Assembly: GCA_964016885.1 (NCBI GenBank)
Contig: OZ024743.1
Span: 338,892,001-338,956,000 of the forward strand
Origin: Eledone cirrhosa
Lineage: Eukaryota
Length of the DNA: 64,000 bases
Reading direction: 5' to 3'
In this document: piece after piece, positions 1 to 12,190 of the stretch
Layout: every line of letters starts with the position of its first letter
How positions within the stretch are numbered: position 1 is the stretch's first letter
Notes under the pieces: model-generated
What the model was told of the DNA's origin: nothing
What the model saw: the letters and a program-made list of their open reading frames with translations, nothing else
The model's database searches: none
Made by a program: the position numbers and the translations under genes

Positions 1-546
1 CCTTTGTCCCTGGGTAAGAGGCAGATGTCTTATCTGGGATGGCACAGTCGGTGACTCTTTTGCTCCCTCCAACATCATGGATGTCGTGGTAAATGTAAGG
101 GTCATTGCTTCCGTTGCCAAACAGAATAAAATACTAAAATACTGGGATCTATCAAATAACAATTTTTTCGAGACGTTTGATGGAGCTGGGCTGCTGACAG
201 CAAAGTTCTTGTCACCGTTAACGGCTCGCCTTACTGATGATGCCCGTGCGGGTGCTTGGTTGTTTCAGTACCTTAGCCACGGCATCACCTGCGGTAATGC
301 TGCGAGCGTTGTTGGATTGCCTCAAATATTTTCGTTGATCCTTGTAGTGTGCGACCAATTGTCGCACTTGGTGGTGAATTGATGGTTGTTTTTGTTTTTT
401 ACTTTTCTCACTTTAATCATATATTTTTGGCCATTATATTTGTGACGTTCATAGCAATAGTTAATTGTATTTATTAAATGTTTATATTTTCATTCTCAAA
501 GAATTGTTAAACAATTTGTAATGTTACCTATACAACTGTGAATAAA
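1..546 (+). mobile_element. 3' end of CRE-like non-LTR retrotransposon (restriction-like endonuclease C-terminus + 3' UTR), degenerate
   Basis: Translation LCPWVRGRCLIWDGTVGDSFAPS...KY.DL...WLFQYLSHGITCGNAASV parallels the 16650-17180 ORF. Ends in TGTAATGTTA..TATACAACTGTGAATAAA like the other copies. Confidence 0.8.
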
Positions 547-967
547 ACACTCCCTGTAAAGAGCATAAAATTGAAACAAAACATTGTTCACACACGCCAG
601 TAACCTACAGATAGAGAGACAAACAGAGCAGGGAAAACATATACATAGACGACCAGAGCACATATATATTTTTTCTATTTCTATTTCGGTGTTCCAGCCG
701 ATAGGTTGAGGCACCATATATACACATATATATATTGAAAAATTTGGTCCTCCAAGCCAACGAAACGTTACGTTCCTGGCATGGCTCCGCTGCAGTAACT
801 GGCCTTAATAATTATATATATATATATATACGCACGCGCGTGTGTGTGGTTGACGGACGTGGGAATGAGTACTCAAAAAAGAATATATGAAGAAAACGAA
901 GATGCAGTGACATAAAGTATTGTTTTCACGCTTAAAAGAGAGCGAGTTACAGTTACAAACACACACA

Positions 968-1010
<43 letters not shown>

Positions 1011-1317
1011 GGGGGGGGGGTTAACTAATCTTATCGTTTAGCCCCAGGTCAACCCTTGATGGAATAGACCTATGATTGAGCGCATTGATTCCAGCCGTTA
1101 CTTTCCTTTTCATTCGTGTAAGTAACCCAGAATCACATTATCCTATGTGTTCTTTTCTAAGACGTTAGTTGTGATACGAGGGCGATTTGGCTGCTATTTC
1201 TAGCAAGGAGAACGATTGCATAGAGACTCATATTATAAAACTCCGTGTATACAGAATACTGCAATTACCATTATTTATTCGTAAATCTCCTCGTTCAAAA
1301 CGTAGAATTGGTGATGT

Positions 1318-1531
1318 GAGGCAGATTGTCGTACTTGGTGGTGAATTGATGGTCGCTTTTGTTTTTGTTTACTTTTTTGTCTCTCTGGCCATATATTTTG
1401 GTGTGTTATATTTGTAAGCTTCATAGTAATAGTTAATTGTATTTATTATATGTGTTTATATTTAAGTTTAAATTTTCATCTGCAAGAATTGTGAACAATT
1501 TGTAATGTTATTTATACAACTGTGAATAAAA
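1318..1531 (+). mobile_element. CRE-like 3' UTR fragment
   Basis: Close to 355-546 (ttggtggtgaattgatgg ... tttgtaatgttatttatacaactgtgaataaa). Confidence 0.7.
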
Positions 1532-2603
1532 ACAAAAATTGCTGGTAAAAAAAAGAAGAAAAATGATAGATAAAAAAGTTTTGGCCATTTACGTGGGATA
1601 CTTATTCCGAAATTCCGCTTATATTTTCTTTTCTTTTTTGTTGTTGTTGTAAATACTGACGGAGGAGCCAGCCTCCTGGTAACTACTGTGTCTGATATTC
1701 TGTCTGACACTGTAGACAAACTGAAGATGAAGGAGCGACTGACAGACATACTACATATAAGAGATATTAAAAAGAAAAAGAACAAACCTTTGAAGAAGTT
1801 TCTGTTGTCGCCCAGCCTACTCAGCAATAACAACTATAGTTTCCTCAGTATATACCCCAATCCATGAAAAGCACTATGAAACCACAAACAATATGTTTAT
1901 GTATTATATGACCACATCTTAAGATACAGCGAAAATGTATTGTGTTCGGTGTGATTGATTTCCACTACTACCAAAGTGTTGGCTTTGTGTCTAAATTAGA
2001 AATCAGGATATATAAAGATATTGTATATGGATCCATACACGCCAGTATCGCATTATAGTATAGTTTTACAAGGCAATTGCCCGAGAGAAAAGTCATTGAT
2101 ATCAAAATTATATAGTACGGTTTAGTCACGGATGACCTTGAACTAAACAACAACAGTAATAATAATAACATGGAGAGAAAAACGCACACACACATATATA
2201 TTCTTATATGTATATGTATATATACACCTACCCACACATGTATATTCAGAGAGAGAACTAGAGAGATACATACACACATGGGATGTATGCAGAAGCGAAG
2301 CGTGGAGGAAGACAGAAATACATACAAACCTCAAGGTCGTCAGTAAACTTTCGGCGCAGTATAAGCGACGTAGACTTCAAGTGTAAGGTCAGTGGTGGCG
2401 GTGGTTGTGACGCTGGAGGTCAGATGTGGCGTCCTTAGCAATTGCTGTAGTTAGTGTCACTGAAGCAGTTCATCTATCCACAGCTTCAGTTTCGAAAACA
2501 ACGAAAAATGTTTTGTTCTTATTTTAATTTTATCTTTTTCACTTTGTTTCTCTATAAAATTGAAAAAAAAAAAAAAAAAAATCACGTGTTTATTTATATT
2601 GTG

Positions 2604-3280
2604 AGACGGCTCGTGGTCTAGTGGTTAGTGTTGGACATACACTCATACTGTCTTATTTCTTCTTCGCTCACTTATTCCTGAGATGTTCGTGGGGGCAGAG
2701 TCCTCAAACACTTCTTCCAGAGGGTCCTGTCAGAAGCAACCGTCTCCAACTGATCCGGCTGGATTCCCAAGCGAGACCAGCCAAGCTCATGGAAGTTATC
2801 CAACCATCTTGCTCTGGGTCTCCTGCTGGTTGGTTTTGCCCGTAAAATCTGTTCAGCGATTCTTTCTTGAGACATTCTAACCAGATGCCCATAATATCTG
2901 AGCTGTGATCTCTCAATTAGAAGAAGTAGCAGCTCTACATGGAGTGACTCTCTGATCTCCGAGTTACGCACTCAATTGAGTAACGTTACTCCAAAACCCC
3001 TTCGGGAGAACCCCATTTCGGCCGCTTGTATTCGCGATCGTATTCTTTCGGTCATTACCTAAGATTTATAACCATTGGTAAGGGTGACGCGTTTTGTTCT
3101 TGAGTAAAACACTTCATTTCATGTTGTTCTAGTCCACTCGGCTAAAAATAAATATCAGCAGTAGCTAGGAGTTAACCCTGCGATGGACTGACGTCCTGTA
3201 CAGGGAGGGTTTGTACTCTTGGTTATTTAATGTTAAGTAAACTGGTATAAGTACCAGCCAGATGGTTTGAGACAGACTTG
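2604..3280 (+). mobile_element. tRNA-derived SINE split by an RTE fragment
   Basis: A-box-like head gtggtctagtggttag at ~2613. CORE-like body gttcttgagtaaaacacttcatttc...ccctgcgatggactgacgtcctgtacaggg resumes at ~3090. Confidence 0.55.
2655..3088 (-). mobile_element. RTE-clade LINE 3' fragment
   Basis: ORF 2672-2971 IERSQLRYYGHLVRMSQERIAEQIL...RRPRARW is a typical RTE ORF C-terminus. Confidence 0.8.
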
Positions 3281-3601
3281 AACTTTTTTTAAAATATTAT
3301 TTAGATTATTTTGTATTAGCAAAATATAACAAGGGTACCATTATCCAAGATTTGAAGAAACATTATCTGAAAACCAGAGTGTTCTATTAGAGCAGCGTTT
3401 CTCAACCTTTTTACCCTTGTGAAACCCTTGAAATAGGTTCATGTCTCAGGGAACCCCTACATAAAAATGATTATATACCATTATTAATATCTATCTCATA
3501 TATTGACCTAGTTTTAAATAATATAAGAGGTTGAAGCCTTTCTTAAAATAAACAAGGATTTTCCGACAATATGCCGTAAATGCATAGTAAAATTACGAAT
3601 A

Positions 3602-4087
3602 TGTAGCGACGTGGTTAGTCTAGTCACTACAGATCCGAGAATAGTCCTTAGAAGGACTGTTATCGCATACGGTCTGATCAGATATGAAGATAGCCCTTAA
3701 AAGGACTGTTGTCGCATATAACCCTTAAAAGAACTGTTGAGGATGGACAGACGAAAGCACAAGTTGAAAGGACGAAGCAAGGCGAGATGTAAATTCGATC
3801 AGCTATTTATTTTCACATGAATCGACGATACGGGGTACAAGGCGTGTGAGTGACAAAGCGTGGCAGAGGCGAGGAACAACGATGCGCTAGCTGACTCTGC
3901 CAAAAGTCGACTGGCGAAAGTGTTTGGAACCACTCTATTTCTACAGGAACAATCCTTTGATGTTTAGTCGATGTGTAGGCGTTTATTCTGGTAGGTTCTA
4001 AGGGTTCTTTTGTTTCACGTTGAAGTAGCTAGCTAACAGGTAGATGGCGCTGTATATTTCACAGCTGTTATTTCCGGTGGCTGTACA
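3602..4087 (-). repeat. 3' LTR of the Gypsy element
   Basis: Direct repeat of 8434-8934. Adjoins the purine-rich tract GGCCGGGGGCTAA (minus strand, 4088-4100). Confidence 0.93.
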
Positions 4088-5014
4088 TTAGCCCCCGGCC
4101 AGTTCTTTTGTACAACAAAAGAGCGAAATATCGTATAGTAATGGGCCAGTGGTGCATTTGTCATGACAATAGCCCCAGGAGTGTCCAGCACGTTGTGAAA
4201 TGTTGTGATCATCGCGTACAGGACAGAGTCGATGTAGAAATGATATGGCAAGATGTGTGTGTCAGGATGAGAAAAAAGAAATAAACTATAAAATGACTTT
4301 GACCAGATTTATGCAGGCGTGATGAATGAGCTTATTGCAATTTCGGTTGAGCTGCCTGTGAATTGCGTGACAAAAAGTCTAACTGGGCAGTGAAGATAAC
4401 CGTAATGTGTGAACTGAATGGCCGTAAGCATGCTGCCTAAAAGTAACAGTTTGCTCCACAGCATATGACTTGAGCGAATGCATGTGGTAAAAAAAAAAAA
4501 TAGCGAGGCATTCTCGAGCTATTGCGTGAATGTGTACGTGAAAAAAGAAGGCCAGTGTTTTGAGGATGCGATTTGTGAAATGCGTGATCAAAGAGAAAAC
4601 ATTTTGTAGTGTAAGAGTTAGAGAGACACAAATATCTATTGCTCAGTGTATGAATTAAAAGGTGAAACAAACGTGGTTTTGTATGTGCATGAAAAACAGA
4701 ATATGTACACGCATTGTATGTATATAAAAATTATGGCAATTACACAATCAATGCTACCGAACAAGAAAAATACAAATTTTTGCAAAACAAGAGAGTGAAG
4801 AAAAAAAAAAATGATATACACAATGTTTGTTCTTAAATAGAGTTTGTAATAAATAATGTTCATTATAAATAATGTTCTTCGTGACATGAGCACATGGTCA
4901 CTAAAAATTGCAATTGTTCAAGCAGAAAGTTCATTGTATTTGAAACTGGAAATAGTAAACACAAGAAAAATGGAAATGTTTTTCACGAAGAATGATTAAG
5001 AAACTCACTTGAGG

Positions 5015-8000
5015 TTAACGGTAATTCATATATTGTGCCAACTTGGCGGACCAATGGACGCGTCGTCCGCTACTAGTGACTGGAGATGAAACAGGTGGCT
5101 CGCTGGGACAGCAATCTGTTGGAGTTTCTGGTGTAGAGACTGTAACAGTATCCATGATGGCTTTTTTTAATCTGTCCACGCTGACAGAATTCTGTTTACC
5201 ATCTAGATCGAGAATAAAATATTTCGGATATTTTCTTAGAACACGATAAGGGCCAGAATATGGAGGTCGAAGATGAGCTGAGATGGTGTCGTTTCGAACG
5301 AAAACGTGTGTCCAATCATCAATGTCTGAAGGTACGTGTGTGGCCGTGTTCTCTTGACGGGTGCTTGCAGGAGCAAGGTGAGACATATATTGTCGAAGAC
5401 GGTGTACGTATGATCCTGGGTCTGGAACATCCCGAGGAGAGATGGGAGCAACCATCTGACCAGGTAGAACCAGGGTGGTGCCGTACACTAATTCTGCAGG
5501 TGTGTGTCCGAATTCCTCCTTAAAGGTGGATCGAATGCCCAGAAGGATGAGTGGTAGGTATTCAAACCAGTGTGTCTTGTCTGGATATGCTTTTATTGCA
5601 GCTTTCAATTGGCGATGGAATCTTTCCACGATACCATTAGCTTGAGGATGATAAGCTGTCGTACGGATGTGTTTACATCCTAACAGGCGAATCAGTTGCC
5701 TGAAGAGGTGGGAGTCAAATTGGCGTCCTCTGTCCGTTGTTATCTTCGCTGGGGCGCCATAACGTGATACCCAGTGTAAAACCAAAGTTTTAGCGACTGT
5801 TTCTGCTGAGGTATCATTTATGGTAAAAGCCTCAGGCCAACGAGAAAATCGATCGATGCAGGTGAGCAAGTGTGTGTAGTTCTGTGATGGTGGTAGAGGT
5901 CCGACGATGTCGATATGCACATGATGAAAACGTGCATCAGGTTGCGCGAATGTGCCGAGTGGAGTTTTGATGTGTCTGTGGACTTTGGCTTTCTGGCAGG
6001 CAATGCAGCTCCTGGACCAGTCGCGCACGTCCTTGTTAATGTTAGTCCACACAAAACGAGCAGAGATGAGTTTCTGTGTAGCCGTATTCCCGGATGAGAC
6101 AAGCAGTGTAAAGCAGAAAAAACTTGTCGACGATGCATCTGTGGTACGTACGGTCGTTCATGACCGGTAGAAAGGTCGCACCAAATTTGTCCCGGAGAAG
6201 AAGGAATGGGAACTTGCTGAAACTTGAGGGATGGCGAATCTCGGAGCTTGATAAACTCTTCGTCAGTCTCTTGGTCAGCTGCGATCTGTTGAAGGTCGAT
6301 GCCCGAATGCACATGTATTGCGTTCAACTGGATTCGGGACAGGGCGTCGGCTGCTACGTTGTCTGATCCCTTCATATGCCGAATATCAGTTGAATATTGG
6401 GAGACAAAATCCAGGTGTCGGAGTTCTCTCGGTGAATGTCGATCAGGTTTGGTACGAACGCATAAATTAATGGTTTATGGTCCGTGTAGATCACGAAATC
6501 TGATCCTTCGAGCATGTGCCGAAAATGCTTAACCGAAAGATAGGTTGCCAAGAGTTCGCGGCCAAAGGTACTGTATTTCGTTTCTGCCGGTTGCAACCGC
6601 TTAGAAAAGAAGGATAAGGGTTGCCACACGCCGTCGACATGTTGTTGTAGAACGCCTCCAACCCCCGTGTCTGATGCGTCGACTAGCAGCGAAAGAGGAG
6701 CGCCAGACCTGGGGAAAACGAGCATGGAAGCGTTTGCCAACATTTCCTTCAGGCGGTTAAAAGATGTTAATTCTTCCTCGTTCAGAGTGATCTCTTCGTT
6801 TTTGCGAGTCCGGTTACGAAGAAGGTCCGTGAGGAGTCTGGCTGCGTCGGAACAATGAGGGATGAACCGCCTATAAAAATTCACCAGACCGAGGAATTCA
6901 CGCAGTTTCCGAAGTGATGTAGGTGCAGGAAAACTGCGGATAGCTTCTACTTTCTCGGGAAGTGGACGAATGCCGTCTTTATCGATGATGTGCCCGAGAA
7001 AGGACAGTGAAGGAACGCCGAGAAAGCACTTGCTGGGTTGATGATGATACCGTACTCAGCCAAACGTCGAAAAAGGAGATCTAAGTGCTTCTCGTGTTCA
7101 TTCTCGGAAGCACTTGCTACCAGTACGTCGTCAATATACGCGTATATGAAGGGTAGATCGCGTAACACGGTGTCAATGAACCGCTGAAAAGTTTGTGCAG
7201 CGTTGCGCAGACCGAACGGCATTCGCAGAAATTAAAATAAACCGAACAGTGTTGTGATTGCGGTCTTCGGAATGTCTGCAGGCTCCATAAGTATCTGGTT
7301 ATATGCACGCACCAAATCTACCTTGGAAAGATGCGTGCGCCTTGCAGAGAGGCAGAAAAATCGTGCAGGTGAGGTACAGGGTAATTATCGGGCACTGTAG
7401 AATTGTTAAGTGCATGATAATCCCCACATGGTCGCCAAACATTCTCGTTTTTTGGGGGGAACAAGGTGTAGGGGTGCAGACCAGTTGCTGGAGGAAAGGC
7501 GAATGATTCCGAGGTCCAGCATGTGTTGGAACTCCTGCTTGGCGATTCTCAATCGGTCTGGAGGCAGTCTTCTTGCTCGGGCAGCTGTGGGTGGTCCCTT
7601 TGTCTCGATGTGGTGCGTGACACTATGCTTAATGGGACCATCCTTAAATACCAGGCGAGTGATGTCTGGATATTTCTGGAGAATGCCGTTGTACCGCAAA
7701 GGCTCTGACTGGCAAATTACAGGGCTCACTGTGGATTGCGTGGTAAATATACCTCTCACAGTGAGGTTTGTGGTGGTGTCGATAAGCCTCCGGTTCTTCA
7801 TATCCACCAGAAGGTTGAAGTGGTGGAGAAAATCGACTCCTAGGATCGGGGTCGGCAGGTCTGCCACGACGAACACCCATTGAAAACGCCGCCTCAGGCC
7901 TAAATTGAGGGTCAGAGACTTCTCCCCGAAAGTCGGAATTGACGATTGGTTCACTGCCTGCAGAAAGGACCGGGTTGGATGTCTTTTGCCGGAGATCAGT

Positions 8001-8374
8001 GAAACCGGAATAACACTGACCTGGGCTGTCGCATGGTCGTTAATAAATAGACGACTTTTCTTTTCAGTACCAGGGGTGAACGTCGTCGCCAGGCCTTGGG
8101 TGGCATTCCGGAAAGAGCACGGGGCTTTGCACTTAGATGCTTGTGCGCCGAAATTTGTGTGATACCAGCAGAGGTTGCCAGGCACACGATTTTGACTGGG
8201 ACTACTGGATCTTTGACTGTGAAAAGGCCTGGATCGATTGTTGCTGCGTCGCCGGTGTGTTTGAAAGGTCAAGTTCTCTACTTGATTCGAGAGGGCCTTA
8301 ATTTGACCAGCCCGCTCTCTGATCATAGCCCGCAGCTCTGAAATCTCGGCCTCTGTCGTTTGTGACATGTCCAT
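5015..8374 (-). pseudogene. Frameshifted gag-pol (gag remnant, protease, RT, RNase H, integrase)
   Basis: Motifs [84 protein letters not shown] and GPY, spread over several ORFs. Confidence 0.93.
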
Positions 8375-8414
8375 GTTGATATTTTCTTAGGTGCTGTCTG
8401 ATTGCGCGTTCGAC

Positions 8415-8431
8415 TCACGTTCGGGTCACCA
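8415..8431 (-). promoter_or_regulatory. Primer binding site, tRNA-Trp-like
   Basis: Minus strand TGGTGACCCGAACGTGA lies 2 nt inside the 5' LTR. It is near-complementary to the tRNA-Trp 3' end (...TCACGTCGGGGTCACCA, recalled). Confidence 0.8.
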
Positions 8432-8433
8432 AT

Positions 8434-8934
8434 TGTAGCGACGTGGTTAGTCAGTCTAGTCACTACTTCTGATCATATCCGAGAATAGTCCTTAGAAGGA
8501 CTGTTATCGCCTACGGTCTGATCAGATATGAAGATAGCCCTTAAAAGGACTGTTGTCGCATATAGCCCCTAAAAGAACTGTTGAGGACGAAAGCACAAGC
8601 TGAAAGGACAAAGCAAGGCGAGATGTAAATTCGATCAGCTATTTATTTTCACATGAATCGACGATACGGGGTACAAGGCGTGTGAGTGCCAAAGCGTGGC
8701 AGAGGCGAGGAACAATGATGCGCGAGCTGACTCTGCCAAAAGTGGACTGGCGAAAGTGTTTGGAACCACTCTATTTATACAGGAACAATCCTTTGTTGTT
8801 TAGTCGATGTGTAGGCGTTTATTCTGGTAGGTTCTAATTCTGGTAGGTTCTAAGGGTTCTTTTGTTTCACGTTGAAGTAGCTAGCTAACAGGTAGATGGC
8901 GCTGTATATTTCACAGCTGTTATGTGGCTGTACA
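8434..8934 (-). repeat. 5' LTR of the Gypsy element
   Basis: tgtagcgacgtggttag...ggctgtaca, a direct repeat of 3602-4087 with a few substitutions and small indels. Confidence 0.93.
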
Positions 8935-9407
8935 AATATAAAATATAAAATTAAACAAAAATTACTTTTAAGAAATACATTAGTTTATTTATCACTGGTT
9001 CTCGCGGAACCTCTAGCGACCTCTTGCGGAATCCTAGGGTTCCGGGGAACACCGGTTGAGAAACGCTGTATTAGAGAGAATACTTTGATATTTGGTAACG
9101 GTGTCCTTAAAGATGGACAGGTATAATTGCTTTCACTTGACTCTCATTTCTGGCTCTGGAATATTTTTCAACCTCACCCTGATAACTGCTTCTGCTGGTA
9201 GGTTAATGAAGGACTGGACGCTTGAAGAGGAAATGGGCACTGCCAAGCATTTCTAAGGTCCAATGTCAATATAAAAGTACTGGGATCGATTCCTCCTCTA
9301 TATATCTTTCTCACCTCTTTTCTCTCACTTTCTATCCTTCTCTAGAAGAAATTTGTTGTATTCAGATTTGGGGTGGTGATAGTAACGATGATACTGATTA
9401 TTACCAT

Positions 9408-9670
9408 TATTGATCTTGTATCAAAACAGGAAAAATTCAGGTGAATGCTGACTAACTGAAGCTGGCAGTCAATCATAATCATAATAATTGTTTCTACTTT
9501 TGGCACAAGGCCAGAAATTACCCCAGTGCATTACTGGTGCTTTATTTTATCGACTCCGTAAGGATGAAAGGTAAAGTTAACCTCGCGGAATTTGAACTTA
9601 GAACGTAAAGGGCCATACGTTCATTTAGTTAGCATTCACCTGAATTTTTTGTTTTGATACAAGATCAATA
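9408..9670. repeat. ~50-bp inverted repeat pair enclosing a SINE fragment
   Basis: tattgatcttgtatcaaaac..aaaaattcaggtgaatgct at 9408 and its reverse complement ending at 9670. Confidence 0.75.
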
Positions 9671-10169
9671 GACTAAAACCTGTCAGAACTCTCAACTACC
9701 TTCCAAGCACACTCAATAGTGACATCAGGGACAACGTTTCTGGTTAAAACTAGATTTCTATCAACCCACGTATGATTCATTCTGCACAGTCTCCTTAGCT
9801 TCTAGTCCCCTAACTGACACACTCCAGTTACCCTATTCTATTAATCATCTGGCACCTCCAACTACATTTACTTGACCCCGATCAGAAAATCTGCCTTATT
9901 CTTCTATGAGGACATAAAAACTACATGAAACTTCAGGTGTGATATCAGGAAAGCATGATATTGAAGGGAACATGGCAGGCATATAAAAAACAACAACTAT
10001 ATTTCTATTTACATTTGAACCCTGTCTGACGACAACATATTGAATATCTGTTGTATAACAACCATTTGATGCCTTTAAAATATACATAACGGGATGATGT
10101 AATGAAATAAACTGATGTTGTATATGTGATATATATATATGTTCAGAGGGTGTGCAGATTCATTGGAAT

Positions 10170-11221
10170 GTTGGATAGAATGCTTTGCGATATTCATTCC
10201 AGTTTTCTGTGCTCTGTGTTTAAATCCCACCGAGGTCAACTTTGTATTTTTATCCTTTCAAGGTCGAGAAAAAAGTATTAGTCCAGTATTGGAATTGATT
10301 TTTCTCCTAGATCAGGGGTCCCCAGACGTTTTAGATCATCGACACCTTCATGGAATCCTTGATCCATCATCGACGCCAGGCATGTACAAAAAATTAATTT
10401 ATAATGATTTCTGATTTAAGCACAATGCCAGCAATTTTGAGAGAGGGGAAAGTCGATTAAATCGACCCCAGTGTGTTACTGGTGCTTTATTTTATCGACC
10501 CCGTAAGGATGAAAGGCAAAGCTAACCCGGCGGGATTTTAACCCAGAACGTAAAGGGCTATAACTGTCTGTCATAAAGCAGGGTGCCCGACGCTCTACTG
10601 ATACTGCCAATCCACTATTTAATAATTATCCAACTTTTGGCACAACGCCAACAATTATTCCAGTGTATTACTGGTGCTTTATTTTATCGACCCCGTAAGG
10701 ACGAAAGACAAAGTTAACCTCGGCGGGATTTGAATTCAGACCGTAAAGGGACGTAACTCTACGCTGGAAAGCATGGTGTCCGACCCTCTACCGATACTGC
10801 AATAATTAAGTAGATGTGCTGTTTCCATGTACATTAGTGCAGGAAACTGCATACCAAACCCTGCTTTCAATATATCAGTATGGGAAACTACATATCGTGC
10901 CCTGCAAAATTGTTGTTCTGTATCCCCTTCCGCTGTGAATATGTCTCATGAAATATAGGCAAATAAAAGGGAACAACTGTTTACTGTCATAGTGTTAGAG
11001 GAGTTTCATGACAGGCAGACAATGGTAGGTTGACAGACAAGCTGAACTTCTTAGATCCCTATACTATACACGTGTGCTACATTTGCATTACCCCTAGTTT
11101 CGATACCAAACCCAACATCAATAATAATAATTGTTTCTACTTTTGGCACAAGGCCAGCAAATACCCAGTGTATTACTGGTACTTTATTTTATCGACCCCT
11201 TAAGGATGAAAGGCAAAGTTA
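10170..11221. mobile_element. Cluster of tRNA-derived SINE copies with a Nin/Deu-like domain
   Basis: The motif ccgaggtcaactttgcctttcatcctt.cggggtcgataaaataaag.accag recurs at ~10230 (+) and 10415-10615, 10625-10800, 11125-11221 (-). Further copies at ~9480, 21590, 24300 and 37720. Confidence 0.75.
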
Positions 11222-11316
11222 ATAATAATGAGAGAGAAACTTCATAAATAATATAGGTAAAATTAAATACATTAAAAATATATTAAGGTACCTTTTTATT
11301 GAATTGGTTGACATCA

Positions 11317-11515
11317 TTAATGGGAAGGATATGTTTGATGAGCATCAGCAAAGACATTGGTATTTGGTTGGAGATTGTTGAGTTTTAGTTGTAAGTCACC
11401 TCGCTCTTCCAGGTTCAGTCTGTTCCTCGGCTTTGTTAGGACTGCATTGGCGTGGCTAAAACCAGCTGCAACCACGTACGAGCTTGGGAATGCAAGTAAA
11501 AATGGTTCAACCGTA
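11317..11515 (-). pseudogene. hAT transposase C-terminal dimerisation-domain fragment
   Basis: VEPFLLAFPSSYVVAAGFSHANAVLTKPRNRLNLEERGDLQLKLNNLQPN...HQTYPSH* matches the Buster/ZBED5/SCAND3-type C-terminus. Confidence 0.85.
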
Positions 11516-11717
11516 ATTTACATTACTCTATTGTATTTTTGCAGTATTTACCTCATATAATTATCTCACATAATATTGAATCTATGAGATTTTGATATTA
11601 TTTATTTTAAGAACAATATCTTAACACAAGCATGAATAGCCAGTTACTGCCGGTTTGAACAGAAAGATATGAGAGAATTCTGGTCGGATATGGCCGGTTT
11701 AAATGCTAAAGGGTTAA
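11516..11717. mobile_element. piggyBac-type MITE, left end truncated
   Basis: Homologous to 25228-25443. Ends TAAATGCTAAAGGG-TTAA. Confidence 0.7.
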
Positions 11718-11989
11718 AGAAAGTTTAGGGTTTTTTTCAGGGAGTGGTCAGCGTTCAGGTGTGTGAGTACATGTATTCATATGTACATCTTCTTGTGGTC
11801 AGCTGTCTTTGTTCTTCTTTATCCTGATAAATATATTGAATTATCTTTATTTAGGTGTGTGTGTATGTTTATATTTGTTTCAATGAAGGGGCTTGCCTGT
11901 TTTTATTAGACAGCCAAATTGTAAGTGGCGTCGGGATCAATTGGTTCTACAGGGGAAGTGGACATCTGAACTTGTTGACCTGTACTGTA

Positions 11990-12190
11990 CACACGCATAT
12001 ATCCAAATCACAGTCTAAAATGTTTTCATCTTCATTCAATTGCCGTAAGTTTGACAAATATTTAAGGTATTTACGTGCCAATGAAGATTTAAATAGTTCT
12101 GTTTTGACTTGAAAGCCTATTAGTATTGTTAGGGTTCGCATCATTGTAACGTTTTTTCCTTGCAGACGTTTCTGTACTTCATTAAATTTT
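11990..12190 (-). pseudogene. hAT transposase internal fragment
   Basis: KFNEVQKRLQGKNVTMM..L..L.GFQVK.ELFK..LAR resembles the Buster/Charlie LN..LQG motif. Confidence 0.7.

Larger units (their letters stand above)
3602..8934 (-). mobile_element. Ty3/Gypsy LTR retrotransposon, full length but defective
   Basis: Two ~490-bp TG...CA LTRs, 4-bp TSD AATA (3598-3601, 8935-8938), PBS, PPT and PR-RT-RH-INT domain order. Confidence 0.96.
3393..9068. mobile_element. hAT (Charlie/Buster-type) MITE interrupted by a Gypsy element
   Basis: TIRs CAGCGTTTCTCAACC (3393) / GGTTGAGAAACGCTG (ends 9068). Perfect 8-bp TSD TATTAGAG at 3385-3392 and 9069-9076. Confidence 0.92.

Noticed and set aside
233-260. CTGATGA followed by a hairpin (possible hammerhead)
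   Set aside because: No GAAA box, and it lies in CRE coding sequence.
1468-1900. Possible exon or signal-peptide ORF
   Set aside because: No ATG in frame without an intervening stop, only a weak donor site, and no partner exons or recognisable motif.
2335-2385. tttc-ggcgc..gcgac..cttcaag hammerhead-like arrangement on the minus strand (similar weak case at ~10026)
   Set aside because: Core boxes and stem I are too degenerate to support.
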